Source: Octopus sinensis
Lineage: Eukaryota
DNA: 64,000 bases
Assembly (NCBI RefSeq): GCF_006345805.1
Contig: NC_043003.1
Span: 115,506,001-115,570,000, forward strand
Reading direction: 5' to 3'
Part shown: positions 52,961 through 64,000 of the stretch, in pieces
Layout: each line of letters starts with the position of its first letter
Position numbering within the stretch: position 1 is the stretch's first letter
Position numbers and translations under genes: made by a program
Notes under the pieces: model-generated
Seen by the model: the letters and a program-made list of their open reading frames with translations, nothing else
Databases searched by the model: none
Told to the model about the DNA's origin: nothing

Positions 52961-53172
52961 GACAACATCAAATTATTTTATTCCAAAGTTTGTTTTTATT
53001 TTGATTTATGGCCTGTGATTTACGTGCTTCTCTTCAGCTCGCAACTCAATAGTTGTCTTTGTAGGAAATACATATTGTTTATTTGCAATGCTTTGGGAGA
53101 TTTTGTTAAGTGTGCGCATGCGGTGATAAATGCAGGTTATAGGGAGTGACTCTCCGTGATAAATTCAACATG

Positions 53173-53472
53173 CGTGGTTGTGTGGTAAGTACCATGCTTA
53201 CCAACCGCATGGTTCCGGATTCAGTCCCACAGCGTGACACAGTGGGCAATTGCCTTCTACTGTAGCCCTGGACAGACCAAAGCCTTGTGAGTAGATTAGG
53301 TAGACGGAAAATGAATGATGCCTGCCTTATATATATATATGTGTGTGTATTTGTGTGTGTGTGTGTGTGTGTGGTGTGTGTGTGTGTGTGGTGTGTGCGG
53401 ATGTGCGTATGTAAGTATGTATGTTTATGCTGTGTATCTGTGTTAGTCCCCGCACCATGGCTTGACAACCGG
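53173..53472 (+). mobile_element. SINE family A, 3'-truncated
   Basis: Head gtggttgtgtggtaag..ggattcagtcccacagcg, then body and internal (TG)n. Confidence 0.85.
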
Positions 53473-53539
53473 TTCGATTTGACACTTGTTCATACGGCAG
53501 CCATTTTCAGTCCTGTCTTCCCCTGTGGGATTGTCTCAT

Positions 53540-54900
53540 TATAATGAGCTTAGGTTGAATGGATATCCATCAGAGCTATTCAATATCATATTCTGTGTCT
53601 TGCAACATCGTTCTCTACCGTATCCAGTATATGTTTCGTATTTCAGCGACTGCTACAAAAGGTACAGCATTTTAGTCGTAAGCTGGGAATCTTGGATGCG
53701 GAAAAACCGCGTCAGCATTCACGGAGGATATGACGGAGATAGTGATAGGCCCCGGGTACTCCGAGCTGGTCAACGCTACCTTAAGAATCTCTGAGAAGAT
53801 ACGAAGATACGAGGGGCAAAAATTCGGATATGCTGGACAGAGGAACTGGTTAGATCGCTCGGGGACTGGTTGGTGCTGTCCTTCAAATGAAGAACAGCTG
53901 CTATGAAGTGTCTATCATAGTAAATTATGAGGCAAATAAACGAGACAACAGAGCCTGTTGGTGCATGATCTGGCAGATGGAGTAGATACGTACCTGTCTT
54001 ACGTCATATGTTACCGTCTGAAAGATATATCTTGCTTAAGTTCAACTCGTCTTGTGTGTTAATAGGTGTGGACGTGTTCCGTTGAATCAGATTCTTTTAA
54101 TGTCGTACCCCCTGAGAAGAAGGTGGGTTATGAAGTGGCTGCTCATGAGAAGATATACACCGACGTAGGATATTTCCATCGTTTTGCCGTTTTTCAAAGA
54201 AGCTTTCCCGCTACCCGTATCTTTGATTGAGCTACAATTCTGAATCAATCGTAAATCAGCGTAGAGTGCTAAGCACCTAAAGTGTCGTCAGATGTTCAAT
54301 TCGACTGCTTCCCGTCAGGCAAAGGATTTGGTTAAAGTTTATTTTCGAGTTCTCTCTAAATTGCTAGTATTTAGGATGGAATTTTCGGTTAGTCTGTCGG
54401 AAAACAAGAACTGACTAGTTTGTCCTGGAGGGCATACGGGCTGCGGCCTACGGAGAAATTTCCGATATCTCTGGACTGACAGTGTTACTAGTGGGGGTGG
54501 GGGCGTGCCAAGTATAGAAATGCAGTTAGCCGGGCACGTCCGAAATGCTTAGAGAACGACGATTCTCTTCTGCACTCACCAGTTCAGTGCCTGAATATTG
54601 CTGACATTTTAAGTTATATTCTGTTACGCGCAGAACAGTTCCTTCTGCCAGTTGAGAGCATTGCCTAAAGAAGCTGTGTGGTGGACCAGGTTTTAAGGGC
54701 TGCAGAAAGCCACCTTTCTCTTCGGTGGAGCTCATATCCACTTGAGAAGAAAATGTTGCTGCTTTCTTGCAAATTTATCGAAAGGGGAGAAGTGTATGAA
54801 GTATGTTCGGAGTAAACCCATCTGAGATTACGTCTGCAGAGTGAAGGAGTAAAGGGGAAGAAGTGACTTGCGATAGTGACGCAGCTTGTGTGCTCGAGCA
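53540..54900 (+). mobile_element. Highly degenerate L1/Tx1-like reverse transcriptase region
   Basis: GC-richer decayed coding-like sequence with ASAFTED (SAYADD-like) and YE..(G)AKI motifs in the expected order. Many stops. Confidence 0.45.
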
Positions 54901-55329
54901 GGCTCCGGATGTTTCACAATTTTGGGCAGTAATTTCTTGTTTCAACTTTGTGTATCATAATTTTTTTTATTTTGCCATCTACGCATTTTATGTAACCCCC
55001 AACCTACTATATATTGTATTATACCATCTTGTACCATCATCCTAAGTGGTTCACAAAGAAAATATCATACATTGTGAAAACTTTTAGTTTCATTTTGCTG
55101 TTTATGCTGGAAATGGTCAGATCTCTACAGCCAGCAGACTAAGGTGACATCATGCTTCAACAACGTTGCGGAGTATTTTTGCAGTTCCAAGCATTTATAT
55201 GCGCGGCACAAAGGTAATGATTGACAACAAACTGTGAGGCGCACAATTATTAAAACAACTGAGAGCTATATGCGCAGAATGTATGGTGAATGTGATGAAA
55301 CATAGATTCACAAATTCTGACGTTGTTGT

Positions 55330-56515
55330 TGTGAACAGAAAAGAAAAAGAAAACAAGAAATTTAAAAGGTATGAAACTGAAAATATGAGGGTAAAGAAAA
55401 GAATGCTTGGTCAACTTCATAGGGATGTTGAAGATAAGACAGACAGAGAAACAAGATGGCTGTGGATGACTAAAAGTGATTTAAAACCGGAAATAGAAGC
55501 TATAATCTGTGCTGCCCAAGAGCAAGCACTAACAACAAACATATTATCATCATCATCATCATTGTTCGACCGTGGTCAAGACAATGGAATTTACTAAGCT
55601 ACGCCAGACTTCACGGTCCATCATAGCATTACGGAGGTCCTGTTGCTGGATGCCTGTATTCCTGGAGATTACATCAGGTTAGGAGAGCGTGCGCCCTCTG
55701 GTATCGCGAGTTGATGGCTTCCAGAGCAGAAGAGTAGAAATTGCTTCGTTTTAAGCTCTACAACAATGTCCAGCAAACTGCACTCTCCTATCTTTCATAA
55801 GAGATGATATAGGTGGTAGTTTTCCATATATTTGTATTATACAACACATCAGAAAGTGACAAGTGCGAATCTGTGGACAAAACGGTGAAACCGTTTGGCA
55901 TATTATCAGCCAATGTACACCACTAGCCCAGAAGGAATATAAGAGACCTCACGACAATATAGTCAGGCTTGGCTATAGAATACTTTGCAACAAGTATGGA
56001 CCTGACAGAGCAAAAAATTGGTGCGACCACAAACCTGAAGGCATTATCGAAAATAGGAATAAAATGATCGTATGGGATTTTATGATTCAGTGCGACTATG
56101 AGATTGAGAATAGAAAGCCAGACATAGTCTTAATTAATAAAGAAAACAAACTATGCTGGATCATAGATATAGCATACCCAGCTGACAACAAGGTATGCGA
56201 TAAGGAAGAAAGAAAAGTTGAGGGGTATGACAGGTTAGCTTGGGAAGTTAAACAGTTGTGGTTGATGAAAGAGGTAGCAGTAGTAAAATTAATTGTCAGA
56301 GCCCTGAGAAAAGTTAACTAAAATCTCTAGAAGTAAGTGGAACGAATATGGGCTGCAATAATGGTGGAGCTATTGCAAAAAACAGCACTGGTTGGAACCG
56401 CTCGAATATTCCAGACGTTGCTCGAAAAATAAGAGGTGTTATTTTAGTTCACTGGTAGTGAACAGCTGACACTGTAATACATCTCTAGCGTTAAAAGCTG
56501 TGCAAAGACAGTAAA
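55330..56515 (+). mobile_element. R4/Dong-like non-LTR retrotransposon 3' part (CCHC plus restriction-like endonuclease), interrupted
   Basis: MLGQLHR..WLWMTKSDLKPEIEAIICAAQEQALTTN; CRICG..ETVWHIISQC..AQKEYKRPHD; WDFMIQCD..RKPDIVL..IIDIAYPAD; ELLQKTALVGTARIF. Followed by (TAA)n. Confidence 0.9.
55545..55830 (-). mobile_element. 5'-truncated RTE-type LINE 3' end inserted into the Dong-like element
   Basis: Minus strand YGKLPPISSLMKDRRVQFAGHCCRA*NEAISTLLLWKP..RGR...AMMDREVWRSLV, then a (TGA)n tail. Confidence 0.85.
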
Positions 56516-56555
56516 TAATGATAATAATAATAATAATGATGATAATAATAATAAC

Positions 56556-56759
56556 AATTTTATTTCTTTATTACCCATAGGGGGATAAACATAGTGGGGA
56601 CAAAGAAGAACAGACAAGGGGATTAAGTCGATTATATCGACCCCAGTGCGTCACTGGTACTTATTTAATCGACCCCGAAAGGATGAAAGGCAAAGTCGGC
56701 CTCGGCGGAATTTGAACTCACAACGTAACGGCAGACAAAATACCACTGGGCATTTCGCC

Positions 56760-56760
<1 letters not shown>
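56556..56760 (-). mobile_element. SINE family B inserted in the (TAA)n tail of the Dong-like element
   Basis: Family consensus flanked on both sides by (TAA)n (56513-56553 and 56760-56826). Confidence 0.85.
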
Positions 56761-56828
<68 letters not shown>

Positions 56829-57515
56829 CTTTTCTACTCTAGGAAAAGCCTGAAATTGTGGGACAGGGTACTAGTCGATTGCATCGACTCTAGAGCTGGA
56901 CTCCTCCGAAATGATGAGGAGCGTGTTTAGAGGGGTTTAAGACGAATGTTCACAGACACTCTCAAAATTAGTAGAAAGTGACCTTGCACTAAATTGTTTG
57001 AAAACCATCTAAAGTAGGAGGAATTTTTATTATTGACTTTCTTAGTCACAGTAATATTAGATGTTTCTTTTACACTTAAACTTCGAATTATATGTTAAAG
57101 TATGAGAGAGTACATACATCTTTTCGTTCCTCAATAAATTCCAGATTTCGTTAATTATTCCAATTAGGACTAATGATGCCGTTTTCCCTACATTCTTCTT
57201 AGCTGTCATTTCTGTCTTATTTCGAAAGCATAATATGTTAACCGCAGCACCATACCAACACCTAAGACATCTATGAGTCTTATAGTATAGACTGGTCGAA
57301 TGGTTATGCTATTTGGAATTCAGCACTTTGCCGAAAATTATGACCATCATTATTAGAACTGGACCTATACATCATTATTATTTAATTGATTATTTTTATA
57401 TTTGCGGGAACAATTCGTTTCGTAAAGAATTTATGAACAACATATACAATAGTATCTATAGTAACGGACGAAAGAAATTATTATTATTATATTATTATTA
57501 TTATTATTATTATTA

Positions 57516-57563
<48 letters not shown>

Positions 57564-57734
57564 GCCGACGACGACAATGGTAAAGATGATCAGGTCGCAT
57601 ATAATTACGGTACTTACAATAATGACCTAATCATGATTATCTTTACAGGGATGTTGACGAAAGATAACATCAGTAAAAATAAATTGCATACATACTTTTA
57701 CACACATAAATACATACACGCACACGCACACACA

Positions 57735-57767
<33 letters not shown>

Positions 57768-57856
57768 TATAGATATATTTGTATATGGTTATAGGTAATG
57801 TGAAAGTGTCTATATATATGTATATATGTGCCTGTGTGGTGTTATATATATATATA

Positions 57857-57956
57857 NNNNNNNNNNNNNNNNNNNNNNNNNNNNNNNNNNNNNNNNNNNN
57901 NNNNNNNNNNNNNNNNNNNNNNNNNNNNNNNNNNNNNNNNNNNNNNNNNNNNNNNN
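57857..57956. other. Assembly gap (100 N)
   Basis: Run of N following a (TA)n tract. Confidence 1.
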
Positions 57957-58919
57957 ACTCACAACCTTACGATCATGAGCCGAATGCCCTAACCACTAAG
58001 CCACGCGCCCTCACAATCTGAACATTAAGGCATGCCTAAATGTCTGTATTTTGAGGGAAACGCACAAAAAAGAAACTTCCCATATCTATCCACATCCATC
58101 CATATAAATATATTTATTTTCATGTTGGCAGATATAGAGAGATGGTGGGAGAGAGAAATATGTGCGCGTGGGTGGAGGTGAATGTGTGTGTAGTTGTAGG
58201 GAACAACAAATATGAACAATTATATACAAATAAAATTTAATATTTATTGACCTTAGCGTCACTTAATTTTCTTCTATGACTATATAAATAGATATGAGAA
58301 TTTCTCCATATTTTTTTTTATAAGCATATAAGCATATACATATGTACGGAATATGTGAGTGTTTACATACGTACGTTATGCTTGATATATGTTTAAGCAA
58401 ACAGCAAATATACACATTAATATATAATGTTGATTAATGATAAACGGTTTGAAAAATATACTATTATTAAATAAATATATATATAACTTTTTTATTTATT
58501 ACAGAAACTGTTTTGGCAGCATAATCCCTAGATTTTTATTTCATTTCCCTATTTTTCACATTTCAGAAGGTTTTTGCTTCTCATTTTTTTGTTGTTCCTT
58601 ATTATATTTTATTTAATTTTTATTTAGAGTATCATGGATTATTTACATTAAAAAGTGTTTTCTATTTTCTGCGAAACAATAATGCGAAGCGTCTATTTTT
58701 TTCCCCACCCTTCGAACAATGAACAGGTCAGAATCACCATTGAATATTCAAGCAAATCTCTTTAATTTCATGCGATAATATTCCTTTCTATTGTTATTGA
58801 CACGTTAACATAAAGTGCTGAGACGCTGGAGTAAAACAAATCAACAAATCAAGGTAAGAGAAGCCAAATAAATATAAATGTAAATATATGAATATAAATA
58901 TATATGTAAGCATATATTC

Positions 58920-58920
<1 letters not shown>

Positions 58921-58956
<36 letters not shown>

Positions 58957-59042
58957 TGTGTGTGTGTGAGTGTGTGTGTGAGTGTGTGGTTTGTGTGTGA
59001 GTGTGTGTGTGTGTGTGGTGAGTGTGTGTCTGTGTATGTGTG

Positions 59043-59075
<33 letters not shown>

Positions 59076-59159
59076 CTGTGTGTGTGTGTGAGTGAGTGTG
59101 CGTGTGTGTGAGTGTGTTTGTGTGTCTGTATGTGTGTGTATGTGCGTGTGTGTCTGTGA

Positions 59160-59202
<43 letters not shown>
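58921..59202. repeat. (TG)n-based microsatellite
   Basis: Directly visible. Confidence 0.95.
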
Positions 59203-59203
<1 letters not shown>

Positions 59204-59559
59204 AGAAAGAGGAAGAGAAACAAGAGAAAGAATTCTTGTAAAATGAATAACCCGCGCTCAAATCAAAGAATGAAAAATTCAGGAGGTTATAAACCATTCA
59301 TAGTAGTCCAACGCATCATGTTGGATTCACCTGCCAATGACATTTTTAACCCTTCGGCACCTATTGTCTTTTTTTTTCCGTTTAAGGATGTGTAAGGATG
59401 TGTTGTGTTCGAAGAGAGCATAAATGCTTGTGACAAGCGAAAAGAGCCGCGAGCGGACAGTTTCGGTGCTGCCAGAAAAGGCACCATTCCATCTTGCATT
59501 ACGAAACCCCTTCGACTTCTTTCACCACAAATTTTTCCCTTCCTCTCTTCGTTTTTTTC

Positions 59560-60190
59560 TCCATGTTTTCTTTCCATTTGCCCCTTTCTCTCTCCCTCTC
59601 TCTCTCTCTCCTTTCTTCACTTTTATTTCTATTTGTATTGCAGTCACCTCTTGTTACGTTGCTTTCATACCATTCCCCCCTCACTCTACTTTACACTACC
59701 CCCCATAGATCCCACGTAGTCTCCCAATTTCCCCCCTACCCTCTCACCCTTACATCTTATACAATATCTCCTCAGCTCCCTCTATTTCTTCTATTCTTTA
59801 GTTCTGATCCGTTCCTATCACTATTTCTCAATATCTCTCTCTATCTCACTCTCTCTTTCTCACCCCCTCTCTCTCTCTCTTATATGACTTTCTCTCTCCC
59901 CAACTCACCCTCAGTCCGTCAGTCAGTCCCTCACTCTTTCGCTATTTCTCCATCATTACGTTTATTCAGCCACACATCCCGTACTCCACCTCATTTACAA
60001 TCTCCATTTCAGTTCTCCAGGGCATTTCCCATATTATCTAATACACACCCATCTCCTCCATTCCAAAACACCCTCCAACAACTGAAATCATTCTCTCACA
60101 CAACCTCCTTCACTTTAAACACTCCATCACATTCACTCAGCAATCGGTGACTGCACTATCCTCCCACCCCACTACCACCACCACCCTCAT
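59560..60190. repeat. Pyrimidine-rich (C/T) low-complexity tract
   Basis: Strong strand asymmetry with (CT)n. It explains the S/L/P/F-rich ORFs. Confidence 0.8.
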
Positions 60191-60433
60191 TCCAAATATA
60201 CTAATGTTTCTTCGGGTTGCAGGCGATTGTTAAAGGTTATGTTAGTTCGGAGCGATCTTGTAGCCCTACTTTGAAAAGAAGGAGCAGAGAACTTGGAAGA
60301 GAGATAAGAACGGAATCTGTCTTCAAGTAATACATTTGTCTTACTAGGCATTTGCATTCATGCAAATTAATTACTTGCGCATATATGTGCAGCTGTCATT
60401 TCTATTGTGCATAATTTAGCATGATTAACAGAA

Positions 60434-60470
<37 letters not shown>

Positions 60471-61022
60471 AACGCACACACCTATGCAGATATATATTCA
60501 CATACACCCGCAAATAAATTTTTATATACATATGTGTGTGTATGTGTGTGTGTGTGAGTGCATGCGTATGTGTGTGTGTACTTGTACGTGTGTGTGTGTA
60601 CATGTGTATGTATATGAGTGCAGAGCGCAGAGGAAAAGTAATGAAAATTACCACAGCAATTCGGCTTACGGGGTTCGATCCTACTCCCCCGTACGTTGAG
60701 GAAGAGATTACTATAGCACTAAATTTATCTAATCATTTTCATTTCATCCATCTGTAGGAAAGACATTTTGAAGACTACGTGAGGATGAAAGACAAAGTAG
60801 AGAAGGTGGAATTTGAACTCACAGTGCAAAGACAGACGAGAAACAGTAAACATTTCTACAATGTTTTAAAGAAAAATAGTGACAATAAGACATTCTAATT
60901 CATGCTTTCTAAGATAAGCTGAATGTTGGCTATTTCGGAAGTGGATCGAACCAAGTATTTTCTATACTCAGTTTTACGTGTATAACTGCGCGTGAGGTTC
61001 TGCATAACATACAAGGTTCAGC

Positions 61023-61450
61023 GGGATGTTTTCGGTTTGAACGGCAGTTTTTTTCTAGCGTTGTCATATGAAATTGTCACCCATAATTATGACACCAGTA
61101 TCGATCTATTGCATTTCCATCTGTTTTAGGGTTAGGGTTAGGGTTAGGGGTGGGAGGGAGGGTATCTTTTTTTATTCACAAATGTAAATAAACCCAATCT
61201 GTTTCTTAAACGAGGGACATATTCATACGGCACAGAATGTTTTTTCTACCTCAATGGACGTAATTGATTGGTTGAAATTGCAGAAATTGAAGAAAAAAAC
61301 CCAACAAATATCTTACAAACTATAGAATTTTCTCAATAAAGCCAAGAGCAAAAGATGTTTTATAAACACATTCTACTAGTATCCGAAGTTAAAATTTTTT
61401 TGCCACCTAGAAATTATGTTAAAAACTGCCGTTCAAACCGAAAAAAATCC
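61023..61450. mobile_element. MITE, second copy, with internal (TTAGGG)3
   Basis: TIRs tttcggtttgaacggcagttttt and aaaaactgccgttcaaaccgaaaa. The interior is the reverse complement of 16383-16804. Confidence 0.88.
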
Positions 61451-61475
61451 AATAGTAATAATACTTTTATATATA

Positions 61476-61868
61476 TGCGAGACGTTATCCAAAAGACACC
61501 GGAGTTTTGCAAGTTATTTATGTCAATTCTATCGCCTTCTAGGTTTTTTCCCAGTTGAAGCAACGCATCCACCGAGGCTAATTTTTGTACTGTTTTTTCT
61601 TCTTCACATCTTCCACATCCCCAAATTCCGTAGCACCAGCGTTCGTCACCAGTGGATGACCTCCGAAAAACGGTCCGGAATAATTTCCAACAGGTCTTTT
61701 AGTTCACGAAACGCATTCAATCATGACTGCTTTCGTTCTTCAGTGGAGAAAACGAATTTTGCTGCAACTCTTTTCATTCGCAATTCCTCTCTCAAAATTT
61801 GTTGGCAGGAGTTCCAAGACACACCAGTCACATCAACAAGTTCGCCAAATGTTCAGTGACGGTCCTCC
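61476..61868 (-). mobile_element. Degenerate, internally deleted mariner transposon
   Basis: DVTGVSWNSCQQILREELRMK(K)..AKF and (I)TGDERWCYG (first catalytic D). Ends in a TIR-like cttttggataacgtctcg next to TA. Confidence 0.8.
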
Positions 61869-61873
61869 ATGAT

Positions 61874-62087
61874 CTTTACTCTTTTACTCTTGTACTTGTT
61901 TCAGTCATTTGACTGCGGCTATGCTGGAGCACCACCTTTAGTCGAGCAAATCGACCCCGGGATTTAATCTTTGTAAGCCCAGTACTTATTCTATCGGTCT
62001 CTTTTGCCGAACCGCTAAGTGACGGGGACGTAAACAACACAGCATCGGTTGTCAAGCAATGCTAGGGGGACAAACACAGACACACAA

Positions 62088-62120
<33 letters not shown>

Positions 62121-62160
62121 CATATATACGACGGGCTTCTCTCAGTTTCCGTCTACCAAA
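61874..62160 (-). mobile_element. SINE family A, 5'-truncated
   Basis: The 3' two-thirds of the family consensus. Confidence 0.88.
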
Positions 62161-62414
62161 TATAGTATTATTGGACGCTCAAGAAAGAAGGGAAGCTCTT
62201 CGTCGGAAACATAGGAGAAGGAAAGATCCAGAGAAGGAAAGACAGAGGAAAAAATATCGCCAATGGTACACGCGAGGTCAAGACGTCAGCCCCGACATCG
62301 GAAACTCTGTTTTACTATGACAACCAACTAAATGTCACATATTATATTTATAGATAAATTCCTCTATTTTACATAATATCGCGGTCTCATTCATTTTTTG
62401 TTGTCGTATTATTA

Positions 62415-62461
<47 letters not shown>

Positions 62462-62890
62462 TTATATACATGTGTTCATATTCCTATATATGTGTGTATG
62501 TATGTTTATACGTGTTTGTGTGTGTGTGTTTATATATTCAAGATACATGTTGGATTTGTGTTTACATATATATACGTGTAATATATGCGCATATATTCAT
62601 ATATGTGCATATGTTTGAATTAATGCTTGTATGGAGATAGAGAGAGAGAAAGAAAGAGAATGAGAAAGGAAGATATATTTTGAAACAAACGTTTGATCGT
62701 GCCCCGTTTTTCTATTTTTAATGCTCTTTATCTCCCATACGCTACATGTTTATCAACAGCTACAGCAACTCTTGTACGAATGAATTTCCCTGTGTATATG
62801 ATCATGCTTCAAAAGAGAAATATTTAAACAGACGGCCGTTTGGCGCACTCTCATCGAGCTTTCAGGGTTTTGTTGAAGCCATGTTTGTGT

Positions 62891-62921
<31 letters not shown>

Positions 62922-62940
62922 TATATATTATATATATATA

Positions 62941-63004
<64 letters not shown>

Positions 63005-63024
63005 ATGTATATCTATATATATAT

Positions 63025-63059
<35 letters not shown>

Positions 63060-63061
63060 AT

Positions 63062-63112
<51 letters not shown>

Positions 63113-64000
63113 ATGCGTGTATTTTTGTGTGTTGTATTTCTTTCTGCCTATATGTGTGCATGTATACGTATTAGTTTTTAGCTGTGTGCATTTGTGTGTT
63201 TGTGTGTGTGTGTTGTGTCGAGTATATGTGCAAAGATATGGATCCATATGAATATTAATTACTCTGCTTTCTTTCGTTAAACCACCAGAAGTAAATAATG
63301 CTGCGTAAAAATGCATAAGCTTATACGCACATGCACTCAACTGAAACATATACACTCGCTTTGTTTCACACTCACTCATTAACCACAAACACACGAGCAC
63401 GCAGACATTTGTGTTGCCACATATGTGAACACCAATCGCACGTAGAAGTATAGATCCGCAATGCTCCTACCACCGTACGCATGCGTGTACGCAGTTATCT
63501 ATATAGAGAGGAATAACATAAGGACGGATATGTTGAAGCCAGTTTATCTATTAACTCATTATTTCAAATAGCTGAAACATTCCATCCAGACACCTTTTCA
63601 ATAACACTCAAGCTGAAAATTTAACACTAATGTTTGTTTGTCATGCAATTTCTACCATCTGCTTACTAATCACATACTTGGTTATTGGTTAGTTTGCACT
63701 TTTATTCAGGAGTGCCATTGCGCTAGAATATGTCGGTGCGACGTGTGCTGTTATATAAAAGTATTATCTGTGTTGGCGTAGCTTAGCTCACTTGGCTAGC
63801 ACTGTGTATGCCAATGTGTGTATGGTGTGTGCTTCTGTTTTGTGTGTAGGTTGGTTTTGGTTCGAGATGTGTTCCATGGTATCGTGTCTACAGGGGAATA
63901 GAGATCAGCTTTTGCGTATGTGTGTATACGTGTGTATGTGTGTGTTTGTGTCTGTGGCTGTTGAGCGTGTATGCTTGTTGTACAGTCATACCCCTCGAAA

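Noticed and set aside
60223-60326. Branch-point plus acceptor and 35 open codons (AIVKGYVSSERSC...)
   Set aside because: No homology recognised and the donor is weak; cannot be supported without transcript data.
61125-61152. TTAGGG repeats as a chromosome end or fusion scar
   Set aside because: Only three units, lying inside a TIR-bounded MITE present twice in the window.
62195-62206. Half hammerhead CCGACGAAGAGC on the minus strand
   Set aside because: The second half (GCTC-GAAAC..) is absent here, so it cannot fold. Kept only as supporting evidence for the extra-A core.

Overview
AT-rich, microsatellite-saturated eukaryotic DNA. The SINE families, repeat content and TTAGGG units suggest a coleoid cephalopod such as Octopus (inference). 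I recognise no host protein-coding gene. Almost every ORF in the track is a translated microsatellite or transposon fragment, so the window is probably intergenic or deep intronic. It contains about 14 copies of a tRNA-headed SINE with an internal (CA)n/(TA)n tract, a second abundant SINE family, three non-autonomous Helitrons, two copies of a MITE carrying TTAGGG, two mariner remnants, and decayed retroelements from several clades (Penelope-like, CR1, RTE, Tx1/L1, R4/Dong-like, HERO-like). There is a 100-N gap at 57857-57956. The most interesting signal is at least eight minimal type-I hammerhead-ribozyme-like motifs in three sequence families, all with palindromic stem III and non-canonical cores. 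One has a compensatory U3-A8 pair (22497-22539). Two flank a Penelope GIY-YIG tail, and two sit in a near-perfect ~720-bp tandem duplication with a retrozyme-like layout. There are also several perfect fold-back hairpins (102-bp, 28-bp and 17-bp arms). All structures were folded by eye; coordinates of degenerate repeats are approximate and no activity has been shown.
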